Shown piece after piece: positions 18,073-27,519 of a stretch of 39,390 nucleotides of DNA. The number at the start of each line of letters is the position of its first letter. Positions within the stretch are counted from its first letter, which is position 1. This stretch comes from a virus. Its lineage: Duplodnaviria > Caudoviricetes. Location: the IMG/VR virus record IMGVR_UViG_3300020045_006008, positions 1 to 39,390 of that record. One strand, 5' to 3'. The notes beneath the pieces are model-generated. The model was not told where the DNA came from and did no database searches. It saw only the letters and a program-made list of their open reading frames with translations. The translations under genes and the position numbers were made by a program.

Positions 18073-18519
18073 CTATGCGCTAAATAATGCTATCGTTAGG
18101 TAAGTAGTGCTTGTATAACCGGCAATCCCAACTGTCCCAGAACTCACATCGGCGTAGATGTAAAGTTCAACATAACTCCCAGCAGCGATATAAATGATGT
18201 CCGAAACGACCGATGATACTTCGTTGGCGGCTGCGCTATACGAACCTTGCATACGTTTCGTTCCATCTATATAGACAGCAGCCTGAGCTGATGAACAAGC
18301 TGTGCCATAAATATCAGCAGCGGCACTGATGTAGTAATAGCCAGATACCGGTGCTGTATATCTAAAGTTAGTTGTAGAGTCAAAATCATTATTCGTGTCA
18401 TAGGTTTCGGCGTTTAGTTCAACCTTTACATAGGTTGCGTCAGCAAGACCAGTTACGTTACCATTTCGATATGCCCTAGCCTTATACGGCGTAGATGGTA
18501 TCATTTTATATAGTGGCAT
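18073..18519 (-). CDS. C1q-like domain protein (putative receptor binding)
   Basis: ARAYRNGN...LNAETYD...YTAPVSGYY; paralog of the C-terminus of 15782-17722. Confidence 0.75.
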   Translation of the reverse strand: MPLYKMIPSTPYKARAYRNGNVTGLADATYVKVELNAETYDTNNDFDSTTNFRYTAPVSGYYYISAAADIYGTACSSAQAAVYIDGTKRMQGSYSAAANEVSSVVSDIIYIAAGSYVELYIYADVSSGTVGIAGYTSTTYLTIALFSA

Positions 18520-18520
18520 A

Positions 18521-19537
18521 TCAACTAATCTCCGTCACGTTTACATATCCGTTGGCGGCACTCCAAATACCATCGACAATACCATAATAGCCAAATGGCA
18601 TCTCATAGTAAGCATCTGGTGGCATTTTAACCGTATAACTTGTTGTAGCGGTTGCAGTTGCACCTAATTTAAGGTATAGGGTTGCAGTTGATAGATTCAT
18701 AAAGGTAGCACCTAATCGAGCAGTATTGGCAGCTAAGACTGTTACGTTAGTTGCACTTGCATTTACTGATGTAGTAGTACCAGTCAATGCTTTTGCCGTA
18801 ACTACCTGTCTACCTTGAACATCAAAGAACGCATCTACTCGGTCATTAGCAGCTACAGCGGTTACAGGAGTTGTAGAAGCACGACCACCTACTTTTAGTG
18901 GATTGCCACTATCAGCTGAGTCGTGGGCTACGTTAGATGGTATGGTTTGGACTGATGCCGATATTTGTTTAGTAACCTGCATTAAGGTAACAGCTGTCGT
19001 GTCAGTGGCAGTTGATTTAGCATCAGCCTTTGCCCCGATAGTTACGATTGAGCCATCAACATAAGTGTTAATTGCAGCCTTAGAAGCGACAGCAGCTTGG
19101 TCTGATGCGATAGTTACCCGTTGTGAACCTGTGCCAGTATTACCAGCACCCATGAGTAGGTTTACACCATTCATCTGAGTAATATTATATCCAGCACCAG
19201 ATACAGCATTATCTATAAGTTGTAATGCAGTAAGAGCGGCGGCAGAGTTTGCCTCAGTTACAGTTCCCGAAGTCGTGACTGAACCATCGATCGTGATTGA
19301 GTTACCACCATCTTGGATGTTGACAGCAGCAGCACCAGCAGCATTATTGATTGTTACATCACCAATATCTGTGCCTGTTACGAGTTTAGAGTTAATTGCG
19401 GCTAAAGTTGTTTGTGTTGCTACGTCAGTCGAGCCAGTAAAAGATACTGGAACTGCCGATTGGTTAGACGCAATAACAACTGGCTCACTATTAGCCATTG
19501 TTGCCTGCCCATTTGCGTTACTTTTCTTGTATGCCAT
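18521..19537 (-). CDS. Putative fibre/structural protein (Ala/Thr/Val-rich)
   Basis: Repeated VxIASxQ units; position in the fibre cluster. Confidence 0.6.
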   Translation of the reverse strand: MAYKKSNANGQATMANSEPVVIASNQSAVPVSFTGSTDVATQTTLAAINSKLVTGTDIGDVTINNAAGAAAVNIQDGGNSITIDGSVTTSGTVTEANSAAALTALQLIDNAVSGAGYNITQMNGVNLLMGAGNTGTGSQRVTIASDQAAVASKAAINTYVDGSIVTIGAKADAKSTATDTTAVTLMQVTKQISASVQTIPSNVAHDSADSGNPLKVGGRASTTPVTAVAANDRVDAFFDVQGRQVVTAKALTGTTTSVNASATNVTVLAANTARLGATFMNLSTATLYLKLGATATATTSYTVKMPPDAYYEMPFGYYGIVDGIWSAANGYVNVTEIS

Positions 19538-19544
19538 AGGGGTA

Positions 19545-21740
19545 TTATATCACTTTCCACTCAGAATTATTGCTAGCTAAATCCACTGAGTCTTCATTAG
19601 CTATGCCTATTGTTGCTGTGCCGTCTATAGTTTCTGCGCCATTACAGGCTATTGTTGTAGTGCCTGAGATAGATTTTACGGTGTACCTATTTGTATTACC
19701 GACAGCAGTTGGCATCGTAAGGGTTGTCGTTCCCGTTACGAAGTAGATATAATCTGTCTTAGCTACAGCACCAGCTGTTGTATCGGTAGAAATAGTTGCA
19801 ATACTTCTAGCGAGTTGCTTTGCATCTAGTGTAGTTTGTAGGTCGGTGATTGCAGAGATTGGGTGTGAATTAGCGACATCTCTATCTGTCAAAGACGTGT
19901 GTGAAGTTGGGCTAACTGAAGTGGTAGGTACGCCTGTTTGAACTGTTCTATAATCAACAGTCTGTTTGTAGTCTGGTGCACCGTTGTCGTTCTGGTAAAT
20001 TACCTTGTATAGTAGTTTCCACTCAGCTGTAGATAGGTTAATTGTAGGTGTTCCATCCGCCAACGCTAGGTTCTGAGTAGTGTATTGGTTTTGTCCGATT
20101 ACGATATAGATAGGCTCAGTTGGGTCATTTGAAGCATAAACCCATGAATTAACAAACTTGGAGTTATCAACTGGTTGTAATGTACCTGAACCATTATCGT
20201 ATTGCAAGACACCAGTAACAGCCCGATATGGAGTAGTTGAGTTTCTAATTAAACGCATACCTGTTGTGGCGTTTCTATACCATAGTGAAGCTGTTGTCTT
20301 AGTTTCTAGGGTATCAAAGTCAATATCTTCGTCAGCCATTACGCCTTGTGTCACCGAGAGAGTAGTGTCGTCAAAAGTTCCGACTAAACCTGAGCGATAC
20401 ATCGCACCGATATTGAAGTGTGCCCAAGTATGCCACTGAGCATTACGGGCATAAGAGTGTCGTTCATCTGTAACAGCGTAAGTTGTTCCGTCTTTAAATA
20501 CAATCGCACAAGGGGCATTTTCACCACTATCCAAGTTCCAAGGTAAAGTTGATTTTTGTAAAGTACCAGCACTATCTATGTAAATATAAGTAATAGTTTG
20601 GTCATCCGTAACTGTAACTGTCTGTGGGTCGGAAATAACGTGTTTGCCAGTTCCATTAGTATAAACATTAAACGGGTCTGACACTTTGGCTAGGGTGAAT
20701 ACGCCCGTCCCTGAGTTGATAGATATTGTACTGTCGGTTCGGTTCTCAAATCCTGAATAAGTCCTATAATTGTTAATGTTATAATTGAAATCAAATACGT
20801 TCTCTGGTTCGTTCCAAACTGGTAATTGACCCTCTTCGGTCAGGGCTGTACCATTTACGTCAGATAGTTCAGACAATTGCCTGTGCCTGTCAAGAGTTAT
20901 CAAGATACTACCTTGTGCAGTACTTATCACCCCAACAGAGCCTATAACATCTGAGTGGTGTGGAGAGTCTGGTTCAACATTAGTAAGGACACCAGCGTTT
21001 GACTTAGATAGATACAATAAATCACCAGTAACCCACGTAGTTCCCCAAATGCCAGTCCCAGTGTAGTCAGTTTTAATGCCTCGTACATAACCAGTGGTTG
21101 TGACGTAGCCGTAACCTGGCGATGCTATATCTTGTGTAGTTACGCCAAGTACTCGTGAGGTAGCCTCTGCATCACCCTTAGCCAGCGATATGTCTGGGAA
21201 CACTCCAGTTCGTCCTGAGATATATACAGCCATACCATTAGTAATAGTAGAACCGCCAGATGGATTTCTGACCTTTGTGAATAACTCTTGCCCGATTTGC
21301 ATCGTTATATCGCCACCACTCATACCTAAGTCTATAGTTCCATCGGTAGCGTTCCATTGTAGAAGCCCCTCAGCGTTTGTTATGGGGGCATCATCAGTAG
21401 TATCAAATTGGATAGCTTGAATGCCCTCTTGAAGTTTAGCATCAAGATAGCCAGCAGTCGGGTCTGAGGCTGATAGTTTAACAAGCTCATCAGTATCAGT
21501 AGGTATCTCATCTGCAAAAGCAACCTGTCTAGCGCCGCCAGCAGGGTCATAGACTGATGCGAGCATATCGCCGCCGCCAGACTGTACATCAGCGCTCAGC
21601 ACCCCATTGCCATCTATAGATAGCCTTGTGCCAACCTTAACGCCACCTAGCGTCGAGCCAGAGGCGGTTGGTAGGGTATAAGACGAGCCAGAGCCAACTA
21701 AGTCAAGCTGTCCCGTGATAGGATTTAGCTTAAAGCCCAT
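19545..21740 (-). CDS. Putative tail or head fibre protein
   Basis: FKLNPITGQLDL N-terminus, YTLPTASGSTLGGVKVG fibre repeat, C-terminal TLTMPTAVG...ETIDG domain. Confidence 0.7.
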   Translation of the reverse strand: MGFKLNPITGQLDLVGSGSSYTLPTASGSTLGGVKVGTRLSIDGNGVLSADVQSGGGDMLASVYDPAGGARQVAFADEIPTDTDELVKLSASDPTAGYLDAKLQEGIQAIQFDTTDDAPITNAEGLLQWNATDGTIDLGMSGGDITMQIGQELFTKVRNPSGGSTITNGMAVYISGRTGVFPDISLAKGDAEATSRVLGVTTQDIASPGYGYVTTTGYVRGIKTDYTGTGIWGTTWVTGDLLYLSKSNAGVLTNVEPDSPHHSDVIGSVGVISTAQGSILITLDRHRQLSELSDVNGTALTEEGQLPVWNEPENVFDFNYNINNYRTYSGFENRTDSTISINSGTGVFTLAKVSDPFNVYTNGTGKHVISDPQTVTVTDDQTITYIYIDSAGTLQKSTLPWNLDSGENAPCAIVFKDGTTYAVTDERHSYARNAQWHTWAHFNIGAMYRSGLVGTFDDTTLSVTQGVMADEDIDFDTLETKTTASLWYRNATTGMRLIRNSTTPYRAVTGVLQYDNGSGTLQPVDNSKFVNSWVYASNDPTEPIYIVIGQNQYTTQNLALADGTPTINLSTAEWKLLYKVIYQNDNGAPDYKQTVDYRTVQTGVPTTSVSPTSHTSLTDRDVANSHPISAITDLQTTLDAKQLARSIATISTDTTAGAVAKTDYIYFVTGTTTLTMPTAVGNTNRYTVKSISGTTTIACNGAETIDGTATIGIANEDSVDLASNNSEWKVI

Positions 21741-22027
21741 TACGACCTCGTAACTGAACTTAAGTCAGCCTTTGTAGCATTCGTGTAGACTACAGTAACT
21801 GTTGCGACCGTAGTGCCACCAGAGCCGCCAGTCTTAAATGTATAGATTTCGGTGTGATCGTCTGGATAAGCTGCTGATATATAGTCATATTGAACATCAA
21901 TAAGCCCTGGGAAGGCTAAATTGACGTTTACAGCACCATTATGACTAGTAATATACTCATTTTGTTGAGTAATATCAGATACTGCTGCCATTGCTTCTAT
22001 GTTGTTAGGGGTTCTTGCATATGTCAT
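21740..22027 (-). CDS. Small structural protein coupled to the fibre gene
   Basis: TAATG coupling; YDYI...YTFKTGGSGGTTVATVTVVY. Confidence 0.6.
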   Translation of the reverse strand: MTYARTPNNIEAMAAVSDITQQNEYITSHNGAVNVNLAFPGLIDVQYDYISAAYPDDHTEIYTFKTGGSGGTTVATVTVVYTNATKADLSSVTRS

Positions 22028-22075
22028 ATTAAAATAACAGCCTTAGTGGGCTGTCCTCTACTAATATAATATCAC
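22028..22075 (-). promoter_or_regulatory. Late promoter plus conserved hairpin leader abutting the ATG
   Basis: TGA-TATTAT-6-AGAGGACAGCC CACTAA GGCTG TTATTTTAAT-ATG. Confidence 0.75.
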
Positions 22076-22848
22076 AAGTTTAATAAATTGTGATTACGAA
22101 TTATCGTTTGCTCGCTTTGATTAGCTTTTTGCTCTCTAATTCTAAGATTTCTGTCCTGTTCGTCAAGTTTTCGCTGCCAGTCGGCCAGATTCTCGCTGAC
22201 TTTTCGGTTGCTATCTTGTTCCTCAATGATTTTCTTGGACATTTCGTTGGACATACTGGTAAGACGTGATAATTTAGACTCTAACTCCGTGATTATAGCG
22301 TCGTATTTTTCTCTAGTCTCGTTATGATCACGCTCTAAAGTGCTTTTTCTAAGGATAAGACTATCAATTTCGCCCTTTAGTAGGATAGATTGTTGGCCGT
22401 ACTCGTCATTATCAGACGCAAGTTTATCACGGGTGGCAGTTAGCTCACTCACCTTTGATTGTAGCTCTATAATTGCGTCATAGGTCTCAGACTTCTTAAT
22501 ATCAAGGGTGGATAGTTCGCCCTCAATCTCCCACTTCTTAGCCTGTAGGTTAGATAGTTCTTGTTCTTGGGCTTTTATCTTCTCTGCACTACTTACAGCA
22601 AGCATATCACGCTTGGACTTCTCGGATAGATACTCGGCCTTAACCTTATCGAGGTCAGTCTTGTAGGCGCTTAGCTCAGATTCAATCTGGGCGAGATTAT
22701 TAGCCCTAAGCTCTTCGCACTCTTGATCAATACTATTTCTTAGACTTGCTAGTTGTGTTTTCAGCGACTGTATCGCTGTTTCCAGTTGGGACACTTCCTG
22801 CTTCTTTTGTTCCGTCAACACTTCTGAGTTCAGCAAAAGCTTCTTCAT
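22072..22848 (-). CDS. Long coiled-coil protein
   Basis: Heptad-rich 258 aa; GAGG SD; overlaps the upstream gene by 116 bp. Confidence 0.7.
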   Translation of the reverse strand: MKKLLLNSEVLTEQKKQEVSQLETAIQSLKTQLASLRNSIDQECEELRANNLAQIESELSAYKTDLDKVKAEYLSEKSKRDMLAVSSAEKIKAQEQELSNLQAKKWEIEGELSTLDIKKSETYDAIIELQSKVSELTATRDKLASDNDEYGQQSILLKGEIDSLILRKSTLERDHNETREKYDAIITELESKLSRLTSMSNEMSKKIIEEQDSNRKVSENLADWQRKLDEQDRNLRIREQKANQSEQTIIRNHNLLNL

Positions 22849-23377
22849 CTTTAACCTCGTTCGATTTATTAATTGTGTCGTTAATTATTGATGTAGTCGA
22901 CTGCATAGTATTGCTCATAAGGTCATCAACTGAACCTCTGCGGATAATGACCATTTGCTCGTACTCTCGGCGCACGTTAGCATCAGCTAAGAACTGGGTA
23001 CGACCAGCCCTTTGGATTAGTTCGTTGACAATCTGTCTAACAGCCACTTGAGCGTCATCGCCTCGTAAGTTGACTGTCTTGCCAGCCTTTACGACCGTAG
23101 TATTTAAAATGTGCTTGCGTGATGAAAAGTCAGGGTTTTTAAGTTGTAAACCGTAGACTTGGCGAGCATCATTCTCGCTACTAGTTACTCCAGCTGTACG
23201 TGGGTCTTTGTTAATCTTAAATGGTAAGTCAACCGGCTTTGTCTGTGCTACTTGGATAGCAAAGTCATCAGTTAATGGGTTAAGTATAGTAACATACTCA
23301 TATTCTGATGCTCCATCAAGCATCGCACTAGGTAATATTTCACTCTGTACTACTGAACCTGGTCCTACGATTGCCAT
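22733..23377 (-). CDS. Hypothetical protein
   Basis: Intact ORF, TAATG coupled. Confidence 0.75.
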   Translation of the reverse strand: MAIVGPGSVVQSEILPSAMLDGASEYEYVTILNPLTDDFAIQVAQTKPVDLPFKINKDPRTAGVTSSENDARQVYGLQLKNPDFSSRKHILNTTVVKAGKTVNLRGDDAQVAVRQIVNELIQRAGRTQFLADANVRREYEQMVIIRRGSVDDLMSNTMQSTTSIINDTINKSNEVKDEEAFAELRSVDGTKEAGSVPTGNSDTVAENTTSKSKK

Positions 23378-23574
23378 TACTTTTTACCCTTTTCTCCGAC
23401 AACAGAAACAGCCGGCACATCGTCGGCTGTTTGTTGGTCGATTAATTTTGTATAAGCTTGATACTCACCCTGTAGTTTCAACAGCTCTTCACTAAGTCGA
23501 GCTATCTGTTCCTTAGTGGCATCAAACTTGCTTTCAACTGCTTTGCGTAGTTCTTCTAATTGCTCTATCGCCAT
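23377..23574 (-). CDS. Small coiled-coil protein
   Basis: Intact ORF 8 nt after GTGATATAAT. Confidence 0.7.
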   Translation of the reverse strand: MAIEQLEELRKAVESKFDATKEQIARLSEELLKLQGEYQAYTKLIDQQTADDVPAVSVVGEKGKK

Positions 23575-23606
23575 ATGTCGTGATTATATCACACACTGCT
23601 AATGTA

Positions 23607-24140
23607 TTAAATAGCAGTTACTGAAGCATCATCGGTCAATGGTAGATAGCGGCAGTAGAACTTTATCGCTCCACTTGTTGGGGCATCGGTAGTCGTGTAA
23701 ACGTACTCAATATTAGTAACAGCGGCGGTCTTTTTTACGGCCACGAATGGTGAGTAATAGGTTGTCTCAAGCGTTGTTGGCTCAGATATAACGCCTGCTG
23801 CATTATCAAGTAGACTAAGTGCAGCACCAGCTAGACCTTTTTTAACAATAACCGAGCCAGCCTTTTTAGCCGATAGAGCCGTACCAGCAGCCGCCGTTAT
23901 AACAACTTGGGCAGTCTGGTCGTTTAATCGCCAGTGGGCAGCAGTGTGATTAGCACCTAGAGTTGTCGTGATAACGCCCCAGATAGCTCTAATCTCAACT
24001 GAGCCGGTGATACTGAATATAGGAGCAGCTACGGTTGTGTTGTTGCCAGACAAAGTCAAAGACTTGATGGCAGTAAGTCCATCAGTTGTAATCGGTACAC
24101 GATTGGCATCTCGCCAATATGAATCAAGCACTTGTACCAT
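23607..24140 (-). CDS. Putative virion structural protein
   Basis: Ala/Thr/Val-rich; AAGGAG SD; in the capsid operon. Confidence 0.6.
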   Translation of the reverse strand: MVQVLDSYWRDANRVPITTDGLTAIKSLTLSGNNTTVAAPIFSITGSVEIRAIWGVITTTLGANHTAAHWRLNDQTAQVVITAAAGTALSAKKAGSVIVKKGLAGAALSLLDNAAGVISEPTTLETTYYSPFVAVKKTAAVTNIEYVYTTTDAPTSGAIKFYCRYLPLTDDASVTAI

Positions 24141-24150
24141 ATTTTACTCC

Positions 24151-24672
24151 TTAAGCGGCTGCTATTACGTAACAGTTCCAAGTATTAACACCGACATTTA
24201 CAAATCGCATTAAAGCGGTTTTGGTCGTGGTAATTGCTGCTGTACCTTTTACGGATACTGCACCATCGCCAGCTGTGATCGTTGAAGTTTGGTTACCGTA
24301 GTTTAAGTAAACAACGTCCATAGTTGTGCCATCTACGTTGCCAAATGCTGTACCAAGTTGTGCGCCAGTTGGCGTAGTTAGGGTTGAAGCACCAGTCTTT
24401 GAGTTCTGAGCTACTGTTCCACCTGCGATACCAGCAACAGTTAATGTGGCTGCTTGTGCGTCAAGAGTTTCTACTGCGCCCTTGTATTTAGGCACTTTTA
24501 TAAAAGTTGTGCTACTTGAAGTCAAGGTAGTTGCGGCAACTGCACCAGCGACACCACCAGTAGCCGTGATAGCTCCAGTGACATCTAATGTGCTACCGAG
24601 AACGACAGCCTTATCGGTGTTTAGACCGTTATACTGTACGACTGGTAGATAGTTTTCTAATTTAATTGACAT
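24151..24672 (-). CDS. Putative capsid decoration protein
   Basis: Thr/Gly/Ala-rich beta protein downstream of the capsid genes. Confidence 0.55.
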   Translation of the reverse strand: MSIKLENYLPVVQYNGLNTDKAVVLGSTLDVTGAITATGGVAGAVAATTLTSSSTTFIKVPKYKGAVETLDAQAATLTVAGIAGGTVAQNSKTGASTLTTPTGAQLGTAFGNVDGTTMDVVYLNYGNQTSTITAGDGAVSVKGTAAITTTKTALMRFVNVGVNTWNCYVIAAA

Positions 24673-24692
24673 GATTTATCCTTTGTATTATT

Positions 24693-24735
24693 CCCTCTTG
24701 GATCGTGGGGCTTTCACCCCACGTCCAGTAAAGGG
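24693..24735 (-). other. Strong intergenic hairpin (mRNA stabiliser or partial terminator)
   Basis: TGGA-CGTGGGG TGAAAG CCCCACG-A-TCCA flanked by CCCT/AGGG. Confidence 0.55.
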
Positions 24736-24738
24736 CGA

Positions 24739-25467
24739 TTAGGCTAATGTTAGAACAAATGGGCTATACTTCGTCGATACGGTTAGCTCTGGAGCATAAC
24801 CTACAGCACGGACAACAGTTGCGTCGACTCGTATTTCTACCGAGCCAGCTGTGTTATCTGATGGGATACCCTCAATGTTCTTTGTGATTGCACCATCGCT
24901 TAGGATTGAAGCCATACCACCGATTTGATTCCAGAAGTAGTAACCTGAAGTTACTGCAATAACTGGAGCGCCTGAGCAAGGGATTGCTACGGCAGCAGTG
25001 TGTTGAATGACTGTCATTTCTTGACTTGGGAATACACCGACAACACTTGTGTTGTCTAGGGCAACACTCAATCCACCCTTGATAGAGATGATTGTAGCAT
25101 TGCTTGTGCCAGCAGTAGCAGCAGTATTACCTGTGATGTAATATGCGCCCTGTCCTGCACCTGTACCATCGGTAACTACGAACCACGAGCCGGCAAAGGC
25201 ATCGGCGGAAGCGACAGCACCTAATGTTACAGTTATTTGATTTGCACCGATAGCGGCAGCAACTGACAATGTTCGGGTTGCATAGTTAGCAGTAACAGCA
25301 ACTGGTTCAGTAATCTGACCAGCGGCTAATGCACCACCAGCTTTTGCATATGCGAATACTCGTCCGCTAGGCGTACTAGCGATTTGACCGATTACCTCAC
25401 CACCTTGTACAGATGACTGTTGGTAAACATCTTGGTCTGTGATTTGCATTAAAGAAGCTAAGGCCAT
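24739..25467 (-). CDS. Putative capsid cement / minor capsid protein
   Basis: GRVFAYAKAG...YYFWNQIGG pattern; directly after the MCP. Confidence 0.6.
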   Translation of the reverse strand: MALASLMQITDQDVYQQSSVQGGEVIGQIASTPSGRVFAYAKAGGALAAGQITEPVAVTANYATRTLSVAAAIGANQITVTLGAVASADAFAGSWFVVTDGTGAGQGAYYITGNTAATAGTSNATIISIKGGLSVALDNTSVVGVFPSQEMTVIQHTAAVAIPCSGAPVIAVTSGYYFWNQIGGMASILSDGAITKNIEGIPSDNTAGSVEIRVDATVVRAVGYAPELTVSTKYSPFVLTLA

Positions 25468-25469
25468 GA

Positions 25470-26537
25470 TTAAACTCCTGTGATTCCTGTGACTTTGAAG
25501 TCACGATTTGGGTTAATACTATATAACTGGCCGTACATTACAAAGATACCAACTTCAGATAACTGATTTACTGGCATGATTGGTTCTCGGAATTGGAAGG
25601 CCGATACCTTATAGCTTTCGTAAGCACCAGCTGTAACATCTTCTTTAGTAGCGACAAGGTTCAAGCCTTGTAGGACTAGGCTGCGGAAGTACATCCAGTT
25701 TTCATTCAAGCCGAAGATTGTGCCTGATGGACACTTTTCGTCACGAACAAGTGGTTTGCCACGGAAGGTTAGGTTGTTTGCGCCACCACGTAGGGTAAAG
25801 CCGTCAGATACGCTCTGCTTTACAGCAGTACCACCGTTGATGAATGAACCACCATCGGCATTGTATCTAGCACTTAGGGTTGGTGTCAACAAGCTTTCAT
25901 ATAAACTAAAGGTTGTTCGGTTTGACAAGATGACGTTTGGAGTTTCGCTCTCATTACCTGAGATTGTTGCACCATCGTCAGCAGCAGCCAAGAGGGCAAG
26001 TGTCAACTTACCAGCTGAGGCAGCACTTACATAACCGTTTATTGAAGTGTTGGTTGCACGTGTCAAGCCACCGTAGCTTGAAGTACTTGTACCATCATCA
26101 ACAATTACACCGAGTCCGTCGAAGTCATTGCCATTGCCGTATCCGTAGAAGATAGAGCCAAGAGCCGTAATCATCGAGTTCTGTGCGTATTGGTAACTAG
26201 ATTTGTATAGATCAATTACACCACTTGGTGTTGCATTGATCGAACGCTCTACAATACTAATACCAACTGGTTGTGCGTAACCGGTAGGAAACCACGTAAG
26301 TTGTTTCGTGTTGTAGTCAATTGAAGTGTCAAAGGCTTCTGTACCTTTGAAGCTTGTTCCCAATTGAGAGTTAGCTGTAAATATTGGTGTGCTAAAGCTG
26401 CGTCCATTCCATCGCTCTGGGCGACTGACGACACGCTTCATGATTTCGCTAGACTTGTTGACGGTATCAACGACACTAGCATTGTAGTCTTGCAGGGTTA
26501 TATTATTCACCCTGTCATTTTGAGCTGTAGCTGTCAT
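25470..26537 (-). CDS. Major capsid protein
   Basis: 355 aa after the scaffold; FYGYG..FDGLGVIVD..YGGLTR, FRGKPLVRDEKCP, GQLYSINP motifs; strong AAGGAG SD. Confidence 0.85.
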   Translation of the reverse strand: MTATAQNDRVNNITLQDYNASVVDTVNKSSEIMKRVVSRPERWNGRSFSTPIFTANSQLGTSFKGTEAFDTSIDYNTKQLTWFPTGYAQPVGISIVERSINATPSGVIDLYKSSYQYAQNSMITALGSIFYGYGNGNDFDGLGVIVDDGTSTSSYGGLTRATNTSINGYVSAASAGKLTLALLAAADDGATISGNESETPNVILSNRTTFSLYESLLTPTLSARYNADGGSFINGGTAVKQSVSDGFTLRGGANNLTFRGKPLVRDEKCPSGTIFGLNENWMYFRSLVLQGLNLVATKEDVTAGAYESYKVSAFQFREPIMPVNQLSEVGIFVMYGQLYSINPNRDFKVTGITGV

Positions 26538-26561
26538 GCTTTCTCCTTTACTTTGTTATAT

Positions 26562-26624
26562 AAAAAACAGCCCTATATGGGCTGTCCTCTATTTCTATAA
26601 TATCACACTATATAAGCAATGCAA
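26562..26624 (-). promoter_or_regulatory. Late promoter plus conserved hairpin leader (MCP copy)
   Basis: TTGCAT-16-TATTAT(TG ext.)-6-AGAGGACAGCCC ATATA GGGCTG TTTTTT. Confidence 0.8.
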
Positions 26625-27494
26625 CTATTCCCAGATATTAGCATTACGCTTAAATATGTTTGGGTCGCCCACTGCTATACCTTTAGGATACTTAGCCCCA
26701 TCGGTAGGAGTAACGCTAGATACCTTAGCGCCAACAGCTTGCCTAGACCTAGCCGATCGTTCGTGAACATCTGTTGCTTCCTTGCTACCTTTCTCAATCT
26801 TCATGGCGTTGAAGGCATCAATCATCGAACTTAGTGGCTTAACACCAGCTTTAACCCTGGCATCGTTTTCTTTTTTCATATAGTTTACGAGTTCGATTTG
26901 CTCACGTACGCCAGGCTGTTTGGCCACAAGTGGGTCTGACCAATTGGCGTTTTTATGCTCTTCGGCAATTGTAGGCAGTAAGCCCTTGCTAATCATGTAC
27001 TCAATCTCAGAGGCAAGTGCCGATATATTCTCTTGGCGTTCTTTTTCAGCGCTAGATTGGCTGTTATACCTTTCAACATCTGATTCCCACTTGGCTTTGT
27101 CGTTTTCAAGACCAGATTCCATCTTGTTAGCTTTACGCATAAAGTCGATTAAGTCTTTAGCGCTAAAAGCTTCGGCATTAGTGTCGGCAAACTCTTCGGC
27201 TTGCTCCGGGCTAGTTATCTTTGTAGTCTTTCCGTCAACCGTTACGCTAAAAGAGTAATCGCCCGGCTTAAACTCGCCCGGGTCGCTAACAGTCAGGATA
27301 GGCTCTGGCTCGGTATATTCAATATCCTCAACGACAGGCTCTTCTTCCTCTTCTTTTTCTTCCTCTTTTTCCTCAACTTTAGGCTCTGCCTTGACCCCTA
27401 GTTCCTCTGGGGTAAAGTCTGGTTGCCATTTAGCCATTTCAGCCTCATTAGCTAATTTGACCTCTTCTTCTGTAGGTGCTTTTGATTCGTTCAT
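26625..27494 (-). CDS. Capsid scaffolding protein
   Basis: Acidic N-terminus, helical; between portal and MCP. Confidence 0.7.
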   Translation of the reverse strand: MNESKAPTEEEVKLANEAEMAKWQPDFTPEELGVKAEPKVEEKEEEKEEEEEPVVEDIEYTEPEPILTVSDPGEFKPGDYSFSVTVDGKTTKITSPEQAEEFADTNAEAFSAKDLIDFMRKANKMESGLENDKAKWESDVERYNSQSSAEKERQENISALASEIEYMISKGLLPTIAEEHKNANWSDPLVAKQPGVREQIELVNYMKKENDARVKAGVKPLSSMIDAFNAMKIEKGSKEATDVHERSARSRQAVGAKVSSVTPTDGAKYPKGIAVGDPNIFKRNANIWE

Positions 27495-27519
27495 AACATA
27501 CCTTTCATTTATGGTCGTA

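Noticed and set aside
15782-18519. Diversity-generating retroelement acting on the duplicated C1q domains
   Set aside because: No reverse transcriptase; the copies differ broadly rather than only at adenines
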